DNA of 64,000 bases from Octopus sinensis (lineage: Eukaryota). Made by a program: the position numbers and the translations under genes. Of this stretch, positions 50,219-63,275 are shown one piece after another. The notes below the pieces were generated by a model. That model had not been told where the DNA came from and did not search any database. It saw only the letters and a program-made list of their open reading frames with translations. The stretch is from positions 14,632,001 through 14,696,000 of the forward strand of contig NC_043003.1 in assembly GCF_006345805.1 (NCBI RefSeq), written 5' to 3'. Numbering within the stretch: the first letter of the stretch is position 1; each line of letters begins with the position of its first letter.

Positions 50219-50540
50219 CATACATATATTTATATATACATATATATATGTATGTATATCTGTAAATATATTTATATATGTGTGTGTGTCTATGTGTGTG
50301 TTTGTATGTATGAGAGAGTTAGTGTGTATGTGTCTGTGTGTATATACAGATATATATATACACATACAAATTTATATATATATATATGTATATGTATATA
50401 CATAAATACATACATATATATGTATGTGTGCGTGAGTGAGTGTGTTTATGTGTACACACTCATATATATATATCTGTGTATATATACCTATTTGTATGTA
50501 TGTATGCATGCTTGACTGTATGTATGCATGCATGTATATA
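49555..50540. repeat. ~490-bp tandem duplication of a compound microsatellite block
   Basis: Identical ORF starts at 49946 and 50436; shared non-repetitive text such as gcttgactgtatg. Confidence 0.85.
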
Positions 50541-50825
50541 TGCATATACAGTTTTCTCTCCATTTTCTACCCAAGTAAGCTTGGGTGGGATGGTTTATTT
50601 TCTGCAGTATTTGTTTTCACAGCTGGATGTTATGAAGTAGGTGTGGAACCTGTTTTCTATTCATTAGGAACAGTTAGAAGCTTTGCTTTGCATCGCAGTT
50701 CAACAATGGCAGCAAGATTTGAACTTCTGATTAGGGATTAACAACTTTAAGTCCAGAACTTTAACAACACAACTAGTGTCCTAGATGTACACCATATACA
50801 GACGTGTGTATGCATATCTACACAT

Positions 50826-51013
50826 AGGGTGCATAGAATAACCTGCCATCTAAATTATGCAAAAGTGAAAATAATACTGACATCTCATTTTAACAAATAT
50901 ATTTACCAAAATTACATGAAAATATCTTGAAATATTAAAGAGTACATTTATTCAATAAAATCACCCTTGGCTTCAACCACGGCCTCCAGATGACTTCAGA
51001 ATCTTCTGCAACT
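50826..51013 (-). mobile_element. Tc1/mariner (maT-like) transposase C-terminus plus TIR
   Basis: CRRF*SHLEAVVEAKGDFIE* on the minus strand. Confidence 0.7.
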
Positions 51014-51098
51014 CTGGCGAGCTGACAGAAACGTTAGCATGCCGGGTGAAATGCCTTGAGTACATATTAAATTTTATTAAACTTGAACAAAGTTTTTC

Positions 51099-51376
51099 AA
51101 CAATTACAGCATGGAAGGTGTTTATAAGCCATTTAAGAAACACACAAAACCGTTAGATTCACTTCAACATTTAAATTTAATTTTTCAAAATATTTTCGTC
51201 ACTTTGACACCGTGACCTGTTCACTGACAAAATTCTGTGCTGCATCCCAGTGAACAGGTCACGGTCTCAAAGCGACGAAAATATTTTGACAAATTATATT
51301 TGAATGTTAAAGTGAATCTAACGGTTTTTGAGTGTTTCTTAAATGGCTTATAAACACCTTCCATGCTGCAATTGTT
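51099..51376. repeat. Long inverted repeat, ~128-bp arms with 21-nt spacer
   Basis: 51099-51226 is the reverse complement of 51248-51376 with about nine differences by eye. Confidence 0.95.
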
Positions 51377-51949
51377 TTCGTTCCAGCACACGATCTCAGA
51401 TCAAGTCACTTGCTATGCAAGTACATCTCCGTAAAAAGTTTTTCAAGCAACGAACAATTTCCATCAAAACAATGATATAATTTATCGACTTGGAACTTAT
51501 TGCAAAGCTGCATGATAAACAACATTTTTTGTCTTTCCATTCAGGGTCAGTACAAATAGCTTGTTTCCATTCCCCAGCCTTTAACAATCAACATACAGCT
51601 GGCCGTAGGCAACAATAAACTTACCTTTTAAAGATTAAAAAAAAAAAAACTTCAGCGGTGGTGCCCCAGCATGGCCGCGGCCTTCGGGCTAAAACATTTT
51701 TAAGGATTTAAGGATTTTACCTTTTAAAAGTAATTCTTCTGCTGCCATTTAATTTAAAGACAATTTGATGTACATAGGGCCTTACTTTTCATACAAATAA
51801 TTATTTGTAGTAGCTGGTTCATACCTAAACTTCTGTTTGTAGTTTGAAGGAAAATTAAACCATTGTCGCTAGACACTATTTTCATGTGCGCTGTTTATAG
51901 TCTGGAATTACTCTAAATATATTTGACCAAAAAGATGTTTGAATTTAGT

Positions 51950-52610
51950 ATTTTTTCGTATTTTTGAAGTAATAATAAAATTATTCAAATCTATTTTCAT
52001 GCAGTTGAAGTGCGCTAAGTTTCCATAGCTCCAATGGCCGATAGCATGAAAATAGGTCCAACAAATTTTATTAATATCTAAGAAAATACTAAGTTTCCAA
52101 TATTTTTATGGTAGAGAGTTATGTGAGGTAATATTGTATGAGAGAGTGTGTACAATACGTATTTCAGTTCCGAATGTTATGGAGCACATGTTACTTGATA
52201 GAGCACATTACTTGATAGAGTTATAATATTTAGAGAAAGATTTTTTCAAAATGTTTATTTTGGAAATAGTTATAATATTTAGAGAAATATTTTTTTCAAA
52301 ATTTTAGGATTAAGAAAGAAAACTGTTTTAGAGAGTAGAATTAGTATTTTTTAAGATAATAATAAAATTAGTCGAATCTATTTTCATGCAGTCGGAGTGC
52401 ACTAAGTTTCCATATCTTTGACGGCCGATAGCATGAAAATAGGTCTGAAAAATTTTATTAATATCTGAAAAAATACTAAATTTCCAAACTTTTTATGGTA
52501 GTCAGTGAGTTCAATATGTATTTCTGTTCCGAACGTTATGAAGCACGTGTTATGGTTAAATTACTTGATACAGTTATAATATTTAGAGAAAATTTATAAT
52601 ATTTAGAGAA
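51950..52610. repeat. ~385-bp diverged tandem repeat with internal inverted repeat ctattttcatgc/gcatgaaaatag
   Basis: Blocks at about 51970 and 52357. Confidence 0.75.
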
Positions 52611-52762
52611 TGAAGAACAGTAGAAGTGTCATTGAATAGTGAGAGAGGGGTAAAGCATGAGGAATAGTAGAAGTGTCATTGAATAGTGAGAGAGAGTGGT
52701 GAGGAGTAAAGTTGAAAAAGTGTGACACACTGACACACTAACAGACTGACATTTGTTTTCGC

Positions 52763-52806
<44 letters not shown>

Positions 52807-52889
52807 GCATGTTTGCTCAATGAATGCACAGGACCTCCCTGATTGTCCCTTTTTGTTTTCCTCTCCTCCAACCTTGAATGTTGACCTTA

Positions 52890-53200
52890 AGAACAAACAA
52901 CTGAAATCATTTGAGCAGCATGCTTAGTGAGTTCGTGAAGGTCACCCACTGTTTCTTGTGCCGCCCCGGTCTACCTCTGGTGCACCTTCCTTCCACGGCC
53001 ATCTGCACCATCTTCCGGCTACTCCTCAATGCTCCAATGATGATGCCCGGCGTTTGGCACAGTGTTGTCATGCATGCCTGTCAGCATCTGCATCTGCATG
53101 GATGTGACCGCAGCCTATGCTGCCAGCCTGGCTGCTGTTACCGGCCAGACCATGACTGTTTGGTCGATACCGCAACGCAGTCTGTCTGCCAAATGTCAAG
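52890..53200 (-). mobile_element. Old RTE-like C-terminal remnant
   Basis: VEGRCTRGRPGRHKKQW. Confidence 0.45.
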
Positions 53201-53480
53201 AAGCCCGCAGGGGGACAGCCACTCTCTTGATGACCATTGCACCCCAAAGGGGATCCAGACTACTATACCCCTCTCCTATTCTTACCAAGGGCATAGCTAT
53301 GGTGGGGGCAAGCAGGGCACATGCATTGGACACCACTTTGGGACAGGGCGCAATTTTCACCAAGATCCTTTTCTAATTAAGCCATTTCTATGTGAGTTTC
53401 CCCTTTTTGGTTGGGGATGGGGGCATAATTTTGATGCTTGCCCTGGGCACCATTTGCCCTAGCTATGCCCCTGATTCTTA

Positions 53481-53897
53481 TTTCTTTATTGCCCACAAGG
53501 GGCTGAACATAGAGTGGACAAAAAGGGACAGACAAAGGGATTAAGTCAATTACATCGACGCCAGTGTGTAACTGGTACTTAATTTATCGATCCTGAAAGG
53601 ATGAATGGCAAAGTCGACCTCGGTTGAATTTGAACTCAGAACGTAACAGCAGACGAAATGCCTATTTCGTTACTACCCGCAAGGGGCTAAACACAGAGAA
53701 GACAAACAAGTACAGACAAACGGATTAAGTTGATTACATCGACCCCAGTGCATAACTGGTACTTAATTTTATCGACTCCGAAAGGATGAAAGGCAAAGTC
53801 GACCTCGGCAGAATTTGAACTCAGAACATAACAGCAGACGCAATACCGCTAAGCATTTTGCCCGGTGTGCTAACGATTCTGCCAGCTCATCGCCTTA
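53481..53897 (-). mobile_element. SINE family B dimer with one 16-bp TSD
   Basis: TSD atgcccctgattctta at 53465-53480 and 53907-53922. Confidence 0.9.
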
Positions 53898-54500
53898 GGA
53901 TCAACCATGCCCCTGATTCTTACCAACTAACTAACCTATCATCGTTTTTACTGGTTATGACTAACTTGGATCTGAACTCAGAAAACACAGAGCAAAGAAA
54001 CCAAACACTATAAGATATTTCTCTTTCGATGTTCTAATATTCTTTTAATTTACTGCCAAATTCTATTAAAGAACCATTACTTTGGATAAGTTTTTTCATT
54101 TGAGATTCATTTGAAAATTTTTGCGTTCGTCTAAGCCAAATGTTTACATCTTGCCATTATCGACATCAAGCGTTATTTAAAAACATTTATTGGAATAAAA
54201 TTCTTTGATCACTACCTAATCTGATGGTTACCTTCACTGACTGGCATGAAACTCAGTCATGGACCATTTAGCTACACTATATATTAATATATACATATAT
54301 ATATATACATAGATATATAAATACAAACATCCATACATGAATATGTGTTTCTCTGTATGCTAGTGTGCTTGTGTGTATGTGTACTTTTGTGCGTGTATGC
54401 ATGTATATCATGTGTGTGTGTATGTGTGTGATTGTGTGTACATATATTTATATACATATATATATACATATACATATCATCATCATCATCATCATCATCA

Positions 54501-56948
54501 TTTAGCGTCCGTTTTCCATGCTAGCATGGGTTGGACGGTTCTACTGGGGTCTGTGAAGCCAGAAGGCTTCATCAGGCCCAGTCAAATCTGGCAGTGTTTC
54601 TACGGCTGGATGCCCTTCCTAACGCCAACCACTCCGTGAGTGTAGTGGGTGCTTTTTACGTGCCACCCGCACTGGTGCCAGACAGAGCTGGCAAACGGCC
54701 ACGAACGGATGGTGCTTTTTATGTGCCACCGGCACGAGGGCCAGGCGAGGCTGGCAACGGACACGAAACGGGGCGGTGCTGGCAACGGTCGCGAAACGGA
54801 AAGTTCTCTTACATGCCACCGCTCTGGTAACACATCTGCAATTTCCATTGATCGATTTCCATTGATCGATTTCGATTCTGATCCTCACTTGCCTCAATGG
54901 GTCTTCACAAGCAGAGTTTCGACATGCCACCGGCACTGGTAGCACATCCGCAATTTCCATTGATCGATTTCGATTCTGATCCTCACTTGCCTCAACACGT
55001 CTTCACAAGTAGAGTTTTGTGTCCCAAGAAGGGAAGGTATGCATACGTAGGCTGGCTCCATCCCATGTAGAAGGCCACGGGTTGTGGACTCACTTGTCCT
55101 GCGGGTCTTCTCGCGCACAGCACACTTCCAGAGGTCTCGGTCTCTAGTCATTTCCTCAGTGAGACCTAAAGTTCGAAGGTCGTGCTTCACCACCTCGTCC
55201 CAGGTTTTCCTGGGTCTGCCTCTTCCACAGGTTCCCTCAACCGCTAGGGTGTGGCACTTTTTCACACAACTATCTTCATCCATTCTCGCCACATGACCAT
55301 ACCAGCGCAAACGTCTCTCTTGCACACCACAACTGATGCTTCTTAGGTCCAGCTTTTCTCTCAAGGTACTTACACTCTGCCGAGTGTGAGTACCGGCATT
55401 ACACATCCATCGGAGCATACTGGCTTCATTTCTAGCGAGCTTACGCATATCCTCAGCAGTCACGGCCCATGTTTCACTGCCATGTAGCATGGCTGTTCGT
55501 ACACACGCATCATACAGTCTGCCTTTCACTCTGTGCGAGAGGCCTTTTGTCACCAGCAGAGGTAAGAGCTCTCTGAACTTTGCCCAAGCTATTCTTACTC
55601 TAGCAGTTACACTTTCAGCACACCCGCCCCCGCTGCTGACTTGGTCACCTAGGTAACGGAAACTATCAACTATTTCTAGTTTTTCTCCCTGGAAAGTGAC
55701 GGAAGTTGGTCTCAGAGCATTTTCAGTGTTTATTGTTCCTGAGCATCTGCCACATACAAAAACCATCTTCCTAGTTAGCCTTCCTTTGACATTGCTGCAT
55801 CTCTTATGTGTCCATAGCTTACACTTGGTGCATCTTATAGAGTTTCTACCTACACCTTTTCTACAGATCGAGCAGGGCCATCTACCTGAAGGTGTTGTGA
55901 TTTGTCTACCTTCCTACTGATTACGACTTTGGTTTTAGCTAGATTGACTCTGAGGCCCTTCGATTCTAATCCTTGTTTCCACACCTGAAACTTCTCCTCC
56001 AGTTCTGATAGCGACTCAGCAATTAGAGCAAGGTCATCAGCATAGAGGAGCTCCCAAGGGCATCCTGTCTTGAATTCCTCCGTTATTGCCTGGAGGACTA
56101 TGATAAATAGGAGGGGGCTGAGTACTGAGCCTTGGTGGACCCCTACCTCTACCCGGAATTCTTCACTGTACTCATTTCCAACCCTCACCCTACTAGCGGC
56201 GTCCCTATACATGGCCCGCACAGCTCTCACTAACCATTCATCTATCCCTAGTTTTCTCATTGCCCACCAGATAAGGGATCGGGGGACCCTGTCGAAGGCT
56301 TTCTCCATGTCAACAAAAGCCAGGTACAGGGGCTTATCTTTGGCTAGGTATTTCTCCTGCAGCTGCCTTACCAGGAATATAGCATCAGTAGTACTTTTCC
56401 CTGGCACAAACCCAAACTGCATCTCATCTAAACTAACTCTCTCTCTAATTAGTTGGGCTATGACCCTCTCCGTAACTTCATCACCTGGTCCAACAGCTTG
56501 ATACCTCTGTAGTTATTTGTATCTAGGGCATCACCTTTACCTTTGTAGCAGTTGACTATTATACTGCTACACCAGTCATTGGGTATGACCCCTTTGTGTA
56601 TCACCTGATTAACTATATGGGTGACTAGGCTATAGCCGACACTACCAGACATTTTGAGCATCTCTGCAGTGATTCCTGATGGGCCTGGGGCTTTCCCTGT
56701 CTTCATGCTTCTAATTGCCTTAGCTACCACAGAACTATCAACTCGGATAGCTGGTCCCTCTGTTGGGTCAACATTCGGCAGACTCTCTTTATCCCATTCA
56801 TTTTCTTCATTCAGCAACCTTTCATAGTGGCATCTCCAAACCTCTCTCTTTGCATCCTCATTTAGCGCAAGTGAACCATCTTCCATGCGAACACACTTCT
56901 CTCCTACCACATCACGATTCTCTCTCACACACTGTCTTGCAACACGAA
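54501..56948 (-). mobile_element. 5'-truncated RTE-clade LINE (RT with embedded PHD-like finger; two frameshifts; (GAT)n tail)
   Basis: KAPGPSGI, NYRGIKLL, QFGF, FVDMEKAFD, GVHQGSVLSP, LYADD, KTK, FRYLG, SETW, RLRWYGHV, RGRPRKTW. Confidence 0.95.
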
Positions 56949-57022
<74 letters not shown>

Positions 57023-57086
57023 TTCGTGTTGCAAGACAGTGTGTGAGAGAGAATCGTGATGTGGTAGGAGAGAAGTGTGTTCGCAT
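56885..57086. repeat. ~200-bp palindrome centred on (AT)n at the RTE 5' junction
   Basis: About 70 bp of RTE sequence duplicated in exact inverted orientation. Confidence 0.93.
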
Positions 57087-57136
57087 ATGGTTCATATGCG
57101 TGTATATATATATATTATATATATATATATATATGC

Positions 57137-57187
<51 letters not shown>

Positions 57188-57196
57188 CATATATGT

Positions 57197-57287
<91 letters not shown>

Positions 57288-57289
<2 letters not shown>

Positions 57290-57510
57290 AGACTGTGCTG
57301 GTTTGGTTATGTGATGAAGATGGATGCTGACAGTTCCATAAGGAAGTACTGATCTCTCAAAGTAGATGGAACACCTAGAATTTGGAGACCCAGGTAGGCA
57401 TGGATACGAAGAACTGAAAAAATGACCTCAGGATGCTGAATCTATGAGGCAAGATGATAAAGGACTAGGATGCTTGGCACCTTGCTCGAATCAAGAAAAC
57501 CCATGTCCAC
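57288..57510 (+). mobile_element. Older RTE C-terminal remnant
   Basis: [13 protein letters not shown]...LKVDG...RPR. Confidence 0.65.
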
Positions 57511-57649
57511 AGCAGAAGTATTAAGACCGGTCCCCCTGGGGAAGAGGATTGATCTGTTTGACTAAAGGTGGTGCTCCAGCATGGCCACAGTCAAATGACT
57601 GCAACGAGTAAAAGAGTAAAAGAATAAAAGAATACACACACACACACAC

Positions 57650-57687
<38 letters not shown>

Positions 57688-57903
57688 AATGAAGAGAGAA
57701 TGGAGAGGTAATTAATAAAATATTATTTATTAATTATAAAATATGACAACATCTCTGACAACTGTTTCGATTCAGTAATCTTCAGATAATTAATTCATAA
57801 AATTAAAATCTCTTGAGAGGTAGTAAAGATATACCGATTAGAAATACACATTGAGATATGTACACGCACACACACACTCTTGTGCACACACACACACTCT
57901 TGT

Positions 57904-57942
<39 letters not shown>

Positions 57943-58229
57943 CACACATTCACTCATAAATCATTGGCAAACCTGAAGCTATAATAGAAAGCATTCGTTT
58001 AAGTGCTGCATTGCGAGATTGAACCAAGGACCACATCACTGTGAGTCAAAGGCTTTCATTATACAGCCTCATTTCATCCCTTGAATGTTAAAGAACAAAT
58101 GGTGCTAACAGAAAGGGAACAAGAGTTAGGAAGTTCCCAGCTGATCAAGATTAGGACCCAAATTATGATTTTTCCCTTTAAATAATAACCAACTTATACT
58201 GCTAAACTCTTGGATAAGTTCCCAAACAA

Positions 58230-58900
58230 CAAGGCAGTGAGTTGGTAGAAATGTTAGCATGCTTGGCGAAATGCTTAGCGATATTCCGTCTGTCTCTACG
58301 TTCTGAGTTCAAATTCCACCAAGGTCAACTTTAGCTTTCACTCTTTCGGGGTTAATAAATTAAGTACCAGTTGCGTAGTGGGGTAGATCTAATCGACTGG
58401 CCCTCACCCACCAAATTTTGGGCCTTGTGCCTATAATAGAAAGATTATTATTGTTAAGGTGGCGAGCAGGCAGAAATATTAGCATGCCAGGGGAAATGCT
58501 TAGCAGTATTTCATGTCTTTATGTTCAGAGTTCAAGTTCCGCTGAGGTCGAATTTGCCTTCCATCCTTTCAGGGTCAATAAATTAAGTACCAGTTGTGTA
58601 CTGGGATCGATCTAATCGACTGGCCCCCACCTCTCAAATAATTTTGGGCCTTGTGCCTATAGTAGAAAAGATTATTAATGTTAAGGTGGCAAGCTGGCAG
58701 AAACGTTAGCATGCCGGGCAAAATACTTAGTGGTATTTTGTCTGTCTTTACATTCTGAGTTCAAATTCCGCTGAGGTCAGTTGACTTTGTCTTTCATCCT
58801 TTCAGGGTCGATAAATTAAGTACTAGTTGCATACTGAGGTCAGTCTAATCAACAGCCCCCATCCCCCAATATTTCGTGCCTTATGCCTAGAGTAGAATAA
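58230..58900 (+). mobile_element. Three complete SINE family B (short-tail) copies in tandem
   Basis: ~225-bp units, each with its head, joined by gattatta..gttaaggtggc. Confidence 0.88.
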
Positions 58901-59276
58901 AACAAAAAGAAAAACAGTTCCCAAACAACCTCCCTTATCAAATATCAAAGTATCTCATGGTTCTGATCTTTTAAAAGAAAATTGGTCATGTTTTTCTTCT
59001 GGGTTCTACTAATTTCTTATCCATTTCTTCCATAGTTTTAAGATTTTTTATTTTCTGACAGTGAGGTTTCTCCAAGAAAAAAGGCCACAATTAATTGAAA
59101 CCCAATCCTTAGATCATGTAGAAAGCTGAACACCTCCAGTGTTCAGTTTACAAGCAAAGCAAGGGTTTCTAGTTACATCTGGGCCTGGAAATCTCATAGA
59201 CTATGCTGAACCTTCGCTCCCTCCCCCAAATCTTTTACACTAAATGACCGTAAATACTTTAATAGTCACATTTACT

Positions 59277-59331
<55 letters not shown>

Positions 59332-59353
59332 CATTATTATTATTATTTTATTA

Positions 59354-59408
<55 letters not shown>

Positions 59409-59432
59409 ATTATTATTTTATTATTATTATTA

Positions 59433-59466
<34 letters not shown>

Positions 59467-60172
59467 GTTGTTGTTGTTGTTGTTGTTGTCTTTGTTTCTA
59501 TTTCTTTTTTATCGAAGTAAACTGATGCAAGCGTTCAGAATATCCCTCTCTTCAGACCAAGTCTTTCTTTGTACCATATTTGTGTTTCGTATTTGCCAAC
59601 TTCCCACATCATACATACGTTAGTTTGTAAAAATAATCTTTGCCATATGTTCCACTCACTCCAAGACATGATAGACAAGGAAACTAAATCTGCAAAAATT
59701 CTAGAATTAGAACAATTTTTCTGTTTGTTTATTATCATTATTGCCGTTTTCTTTCTGTTTATCTTTTCTTTTTATAAAAATTTAAACACTTTTTATTCAA
59801 CATTTCCAAGTATCTCTTTTCTCTCAAGTAATTTTTTTTTTCATATAAAGAAGGAAACAGCAACGATAACAACCACAACAAAAAAAAATTCAAAGTATTT
59901 TACTCCCTGTTTTTATCTCAGTTTACCATTTTCAAACATTTGTCTCTAATTATCAATGAGATTTCTCTAATTCTTTCTCAACATAACTTTGATTCTTCAA
60001 AACTTATATTCTATGTCTTCCATTCTTATTTCCAGCCCTCAAGCTTAGTTCACACATTTGCAGATAACAGAAAATACGAAATACCATTAAAACAACAATT
60101 GGAGTTGCTGATATCAATGTTGTTGTTGAAGATGTATCTGCATTTTGATTCTTCCACATTCAGTTTCATGAT

Positions 60173-60389
60173 TCAGTACATGTATTGTTTAGTGGTGCTC
60201 TCTTCTTGCGATAACATAACAATGCCAAACAATGGTGCTGGAATGAAACAAACAGGCGTAGCTGTTTTGGTGTTGATGATTTGACATGGCTGTGTGGCTG
60301 CTGATGACTTGGCACTGCTATTCGGGTGCTGATAATTTGGCGTCGTTGACTGGGCGTTTAACATGCTTTGGTGAGAGTGCTTTTTGGCA
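60173..60389 (-). CDS. Candidate terminal coding exon of an unidentified host gene
   Basis: Acceptor tgtttgcctccag; open frame AKKHSHQSMLNAQSTTPNYQHP...TKQYMY*; non-repetitive, with TE-free sequence downstream; frame unverified. Confidence 0.35.
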
Positions 60390-60435
60390 CTGGAGGCAAA
60401 CATACTCACACACATACCCGAACATTCGATAGTAA

Positions 60436-60725
60436 TTCATGTAAAAAATGGGGTGATGACGGGGTAGCGATTCATGTAAAAAGTGGGGTGATAATGGGGT
60501 AGCGATTCATGTTAAAAGTGGGGTGATAAGGAAGTAGTGATTCATGTAAAAAGTGGGGTGATAATGGGGTAGCGATTCATGTAAAAAGTGGGGTGATAAT
60601 GGGGTAGTGATTCATGTGAAAAGTGGGGGGATAATGGGGTAGCGATTCATGTAAAAAGTGGAGTGATAAGGAAGTAGCGATTCATATAAAAAGTGGGGTG
60701 ATAACAGGGTAGCGATTCATGTAAA
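60436..60725. repeat. 35-bp minisatellite, about 8 units
   Basis: (gattcatgtaaaaagtggggtgataatggggtagc)n; hAT-type end aaagtttgggaaccactg at 60878-60895. Confidence 0.92.
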
Positions 60726-61082
60726 GACAGCAAAATAATGGGTTCATGAGGTTAAGTTTTATTTGTTAAATACAGTTGTTTTGAATCTGCCTCAGAAAGG
60801 GGTCTATGTTCGTTATGGTTAGTTGGGGTGGGGGTGCTAGGAATGTGGCCTAGGTATCAAGGGGGTGGCAACCCGAAAAAGTTTGGGAACCACTGCTCTA
60901 CTCTATTCAGCTCAAACTTATGGCTATTTAATTAAGCTGTTTCCTTTGCAATCATGTGGCTTTAGGTTCAATCCCAATGTGATATGCCATAGACAGGTCT
61001 CTCATACCATAATCTTTGGTTGACCTAATCTTCATGAGTGGGACAGCAGCAAATTGGTAAATGTATGGAAGCATGGAAGCAC

Positions 61083-61635
61083 CTTAAACTGACTGTGCCC
61101 ATTGCTGGATATTTGACTTGATCTCTCTCCTGGTGTAACACCAGCACCTCCACCACCACTACCACTAACAACAATAGCACCACCACCACCACCACCACCA
61201 CCACCACCACTACCACCACTACAACCACCACTGCCACACCCACAACACCACCACTGCCCCCCCAGCAACAACAACAACACCACCATTGCCAATGCCACCA
61301 CCACTACCGACACCACCACAAACTCCACCATCACTGCCACTACCACCACCACCAGCAACACCACCAGCAACACCACCATTAATACCACCACCAACACCAC
61401 CACTAATACCACCACTATTACCACCACCTGGCCCCTGGATATTGCTGTCACAAGACCATTCTGTAGCAATCTTTTGGACCAGGTCCCCAGTCTGAGGGGA
61501 ACTCACTATCTTGATGTCCTGTGCCAAGCCAAGGATAAAAACCATTGTGACATACCTTTCCTCCCTGCTTTCTTCTTCATTCCAATCTCAGAGACTCTGC
61601 AAAGAACACCGTGGTTGCTGCCATCATTTCTCTGT
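61083..61635 (-). other. Candidate exon(s): 80-nt AG/GT-bounded segment (61635-61556) and a Gly-rich frame
   Basis: tatcgcttag|acag...gaaag|gtatgt; IQGPGGGNSGG...AGVTPGERSSQISSNGHSQFK needs a frameshift at the G7 run. Confidence 0.25.
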
Positions 61636-61828
61636 CTAAGCGATAAATATAAGAAAATTGGTAATTATTTACCCCTAATTTTTAATAACTGGTCATTAAC
61701 TTCAACTTTATTAGCTTCAAGCCAACATGAGTATCTCTGTGTCTCCTTTCAATCGTCTTAGATATATTACGGTAGAATTCTCTTGAAAACCAGAGATGAC
61801 TATCTTTTGAAAAAAATATATATACACA

Positions 61829-62058
61829 GGAGGCGCAATGGCCCAGTGGTTAGGGCAGCGGACTCGCGGTCGCAGGATTGCGGTTTCGATTCTCGGACCG
61901 GGCGTTGTGTGTGTTTATTGAGCGAAAACACCTAAAAGCTCTACGAGGCTCCGGCAGGGGATGGTGATCCCTGCTGTACTCTTTCACCACAATGGCGGTG
62001 CCCCAGCATGGCCACAGCTCTAGAGCTGAAACTGGAAAGCATAAACATAAACATAAAC
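61829..62058 (+). mobile_element. tRNA(Arg)-like SINE family C
   Basis: Same head and body as 6856; tail ggcggtgccccagcatggcc shared with family A. Confidence 0.8.
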
Positions 62059-62059
62059 A

Positions 62060-62873
62060 GGAGGGGCTGTGTGGTAAGTAGCTTGCTTACTAACCAGATG
62101 GTTCCGGCTTCAGTCCCACTGCGTGGCAATTTTGCCCATGACACTACATGGACCCTAAGTAAGGCATGTGTAAAATTTGAATGAAATTGGTTGTATAGTT
62201 CACAAGTTTTAGGAATTCACACAGAAACACAGACAGACACACATTCTCATCTTTATATATATATATATATACAGACACACACACACAACAGGCTTCTTTC
62301 AGTTTCCTTCAACCGAATCCACTCACAAGGCTTTGATTTGCCTGAGGCTATAGCAGAAGGTGCTTGCCCAGGGTGCCATGCAGTGGGACTGAAACCAGAA
62401 TCATGTGGTTGGGAAGTCAGCTTCTTACCACACAACCACTCCTGTGCCTATATACATATACATACACACACACATACACACACACACATATATATATACA
62501 CACACACACATATATACACACATAATACCCTCCCTCCACACACACACACATATATATATATACATGCATATATACGTATATGTATGCATTAAATATAACT
62601 ACAAGACAATGCTCTGGGTTAATGTAATTTACTAAAAGCCCCATACTCTTTTACTTGTTTTAATCATTTGACTGTGGCCATGATGGAGCACCGCCTTTAG
62701 TCGAGCGAATCGACCCCAGGACTTATTTTGTAAGCCTAGTACTTATTCTATCGGTCTCTTTTTGCTGAACTGCTAAGTTACGGGGATGTAAACACACCAG
62801 CATCGGTTGTCAAGCAATGCTAGGGGGACAAACACAAACACACAAACATATACACATACATACATACATATAC

Positions 62874-62949
<76 letters not shown>

Positions 62950-63275
62950 CATATAAATGACGGGCTTCTTTCAGTTTCCCTCTTCCAAATAGCCTGAGGC
63001 TATAGTAGAAGACACTTGCCCAAGGTGTCACGCAGTGGGTCTGAACCCAGAACCATGTGGTTGGTAAGCAAGCTACTTGCCACACAGTCACTGCTAGGCC
63101 TATATATATATATATGATAGGCTTCTGTCAGTTTCTATCTACCAAATCCACTCACAAGGCTTTGGTCGGCCCGAGGCTATAGTAGAAGACACTTGCCCAA
63201 GGTGCTATGCAGTGGGACTGAACCTGGAACCATGTGGTTTGTAAGCAAGCTACTTACCACACAGCCACTCCTACA
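62060..63275. mobile_element. Cluster of four SINE family A copies or fragments
   Basis: + 62060-62140; - 62290-62448; - 62645-63098; - 63115-63275. Confidence 0.85.

Noticed and set aside
52911-53462. 183-aa Cys-rich plus-strand ORF
   Set aside because: Antisense to a decayed RTE fragment and adjacent repeat; no domain pattern
57750-57790. ctgaagattactgaatcgaaacagttgtc hammerhead-like string (minus)
   Set aside because: Core overlaps helix II and helix I does not pair; at most a decayed relic
61829-61905. tRNA-Arg gene (also 6856)
   Set aside because: No good acceptor-stem pairing and it runs on into a shared SINE body, so it is a SINE head
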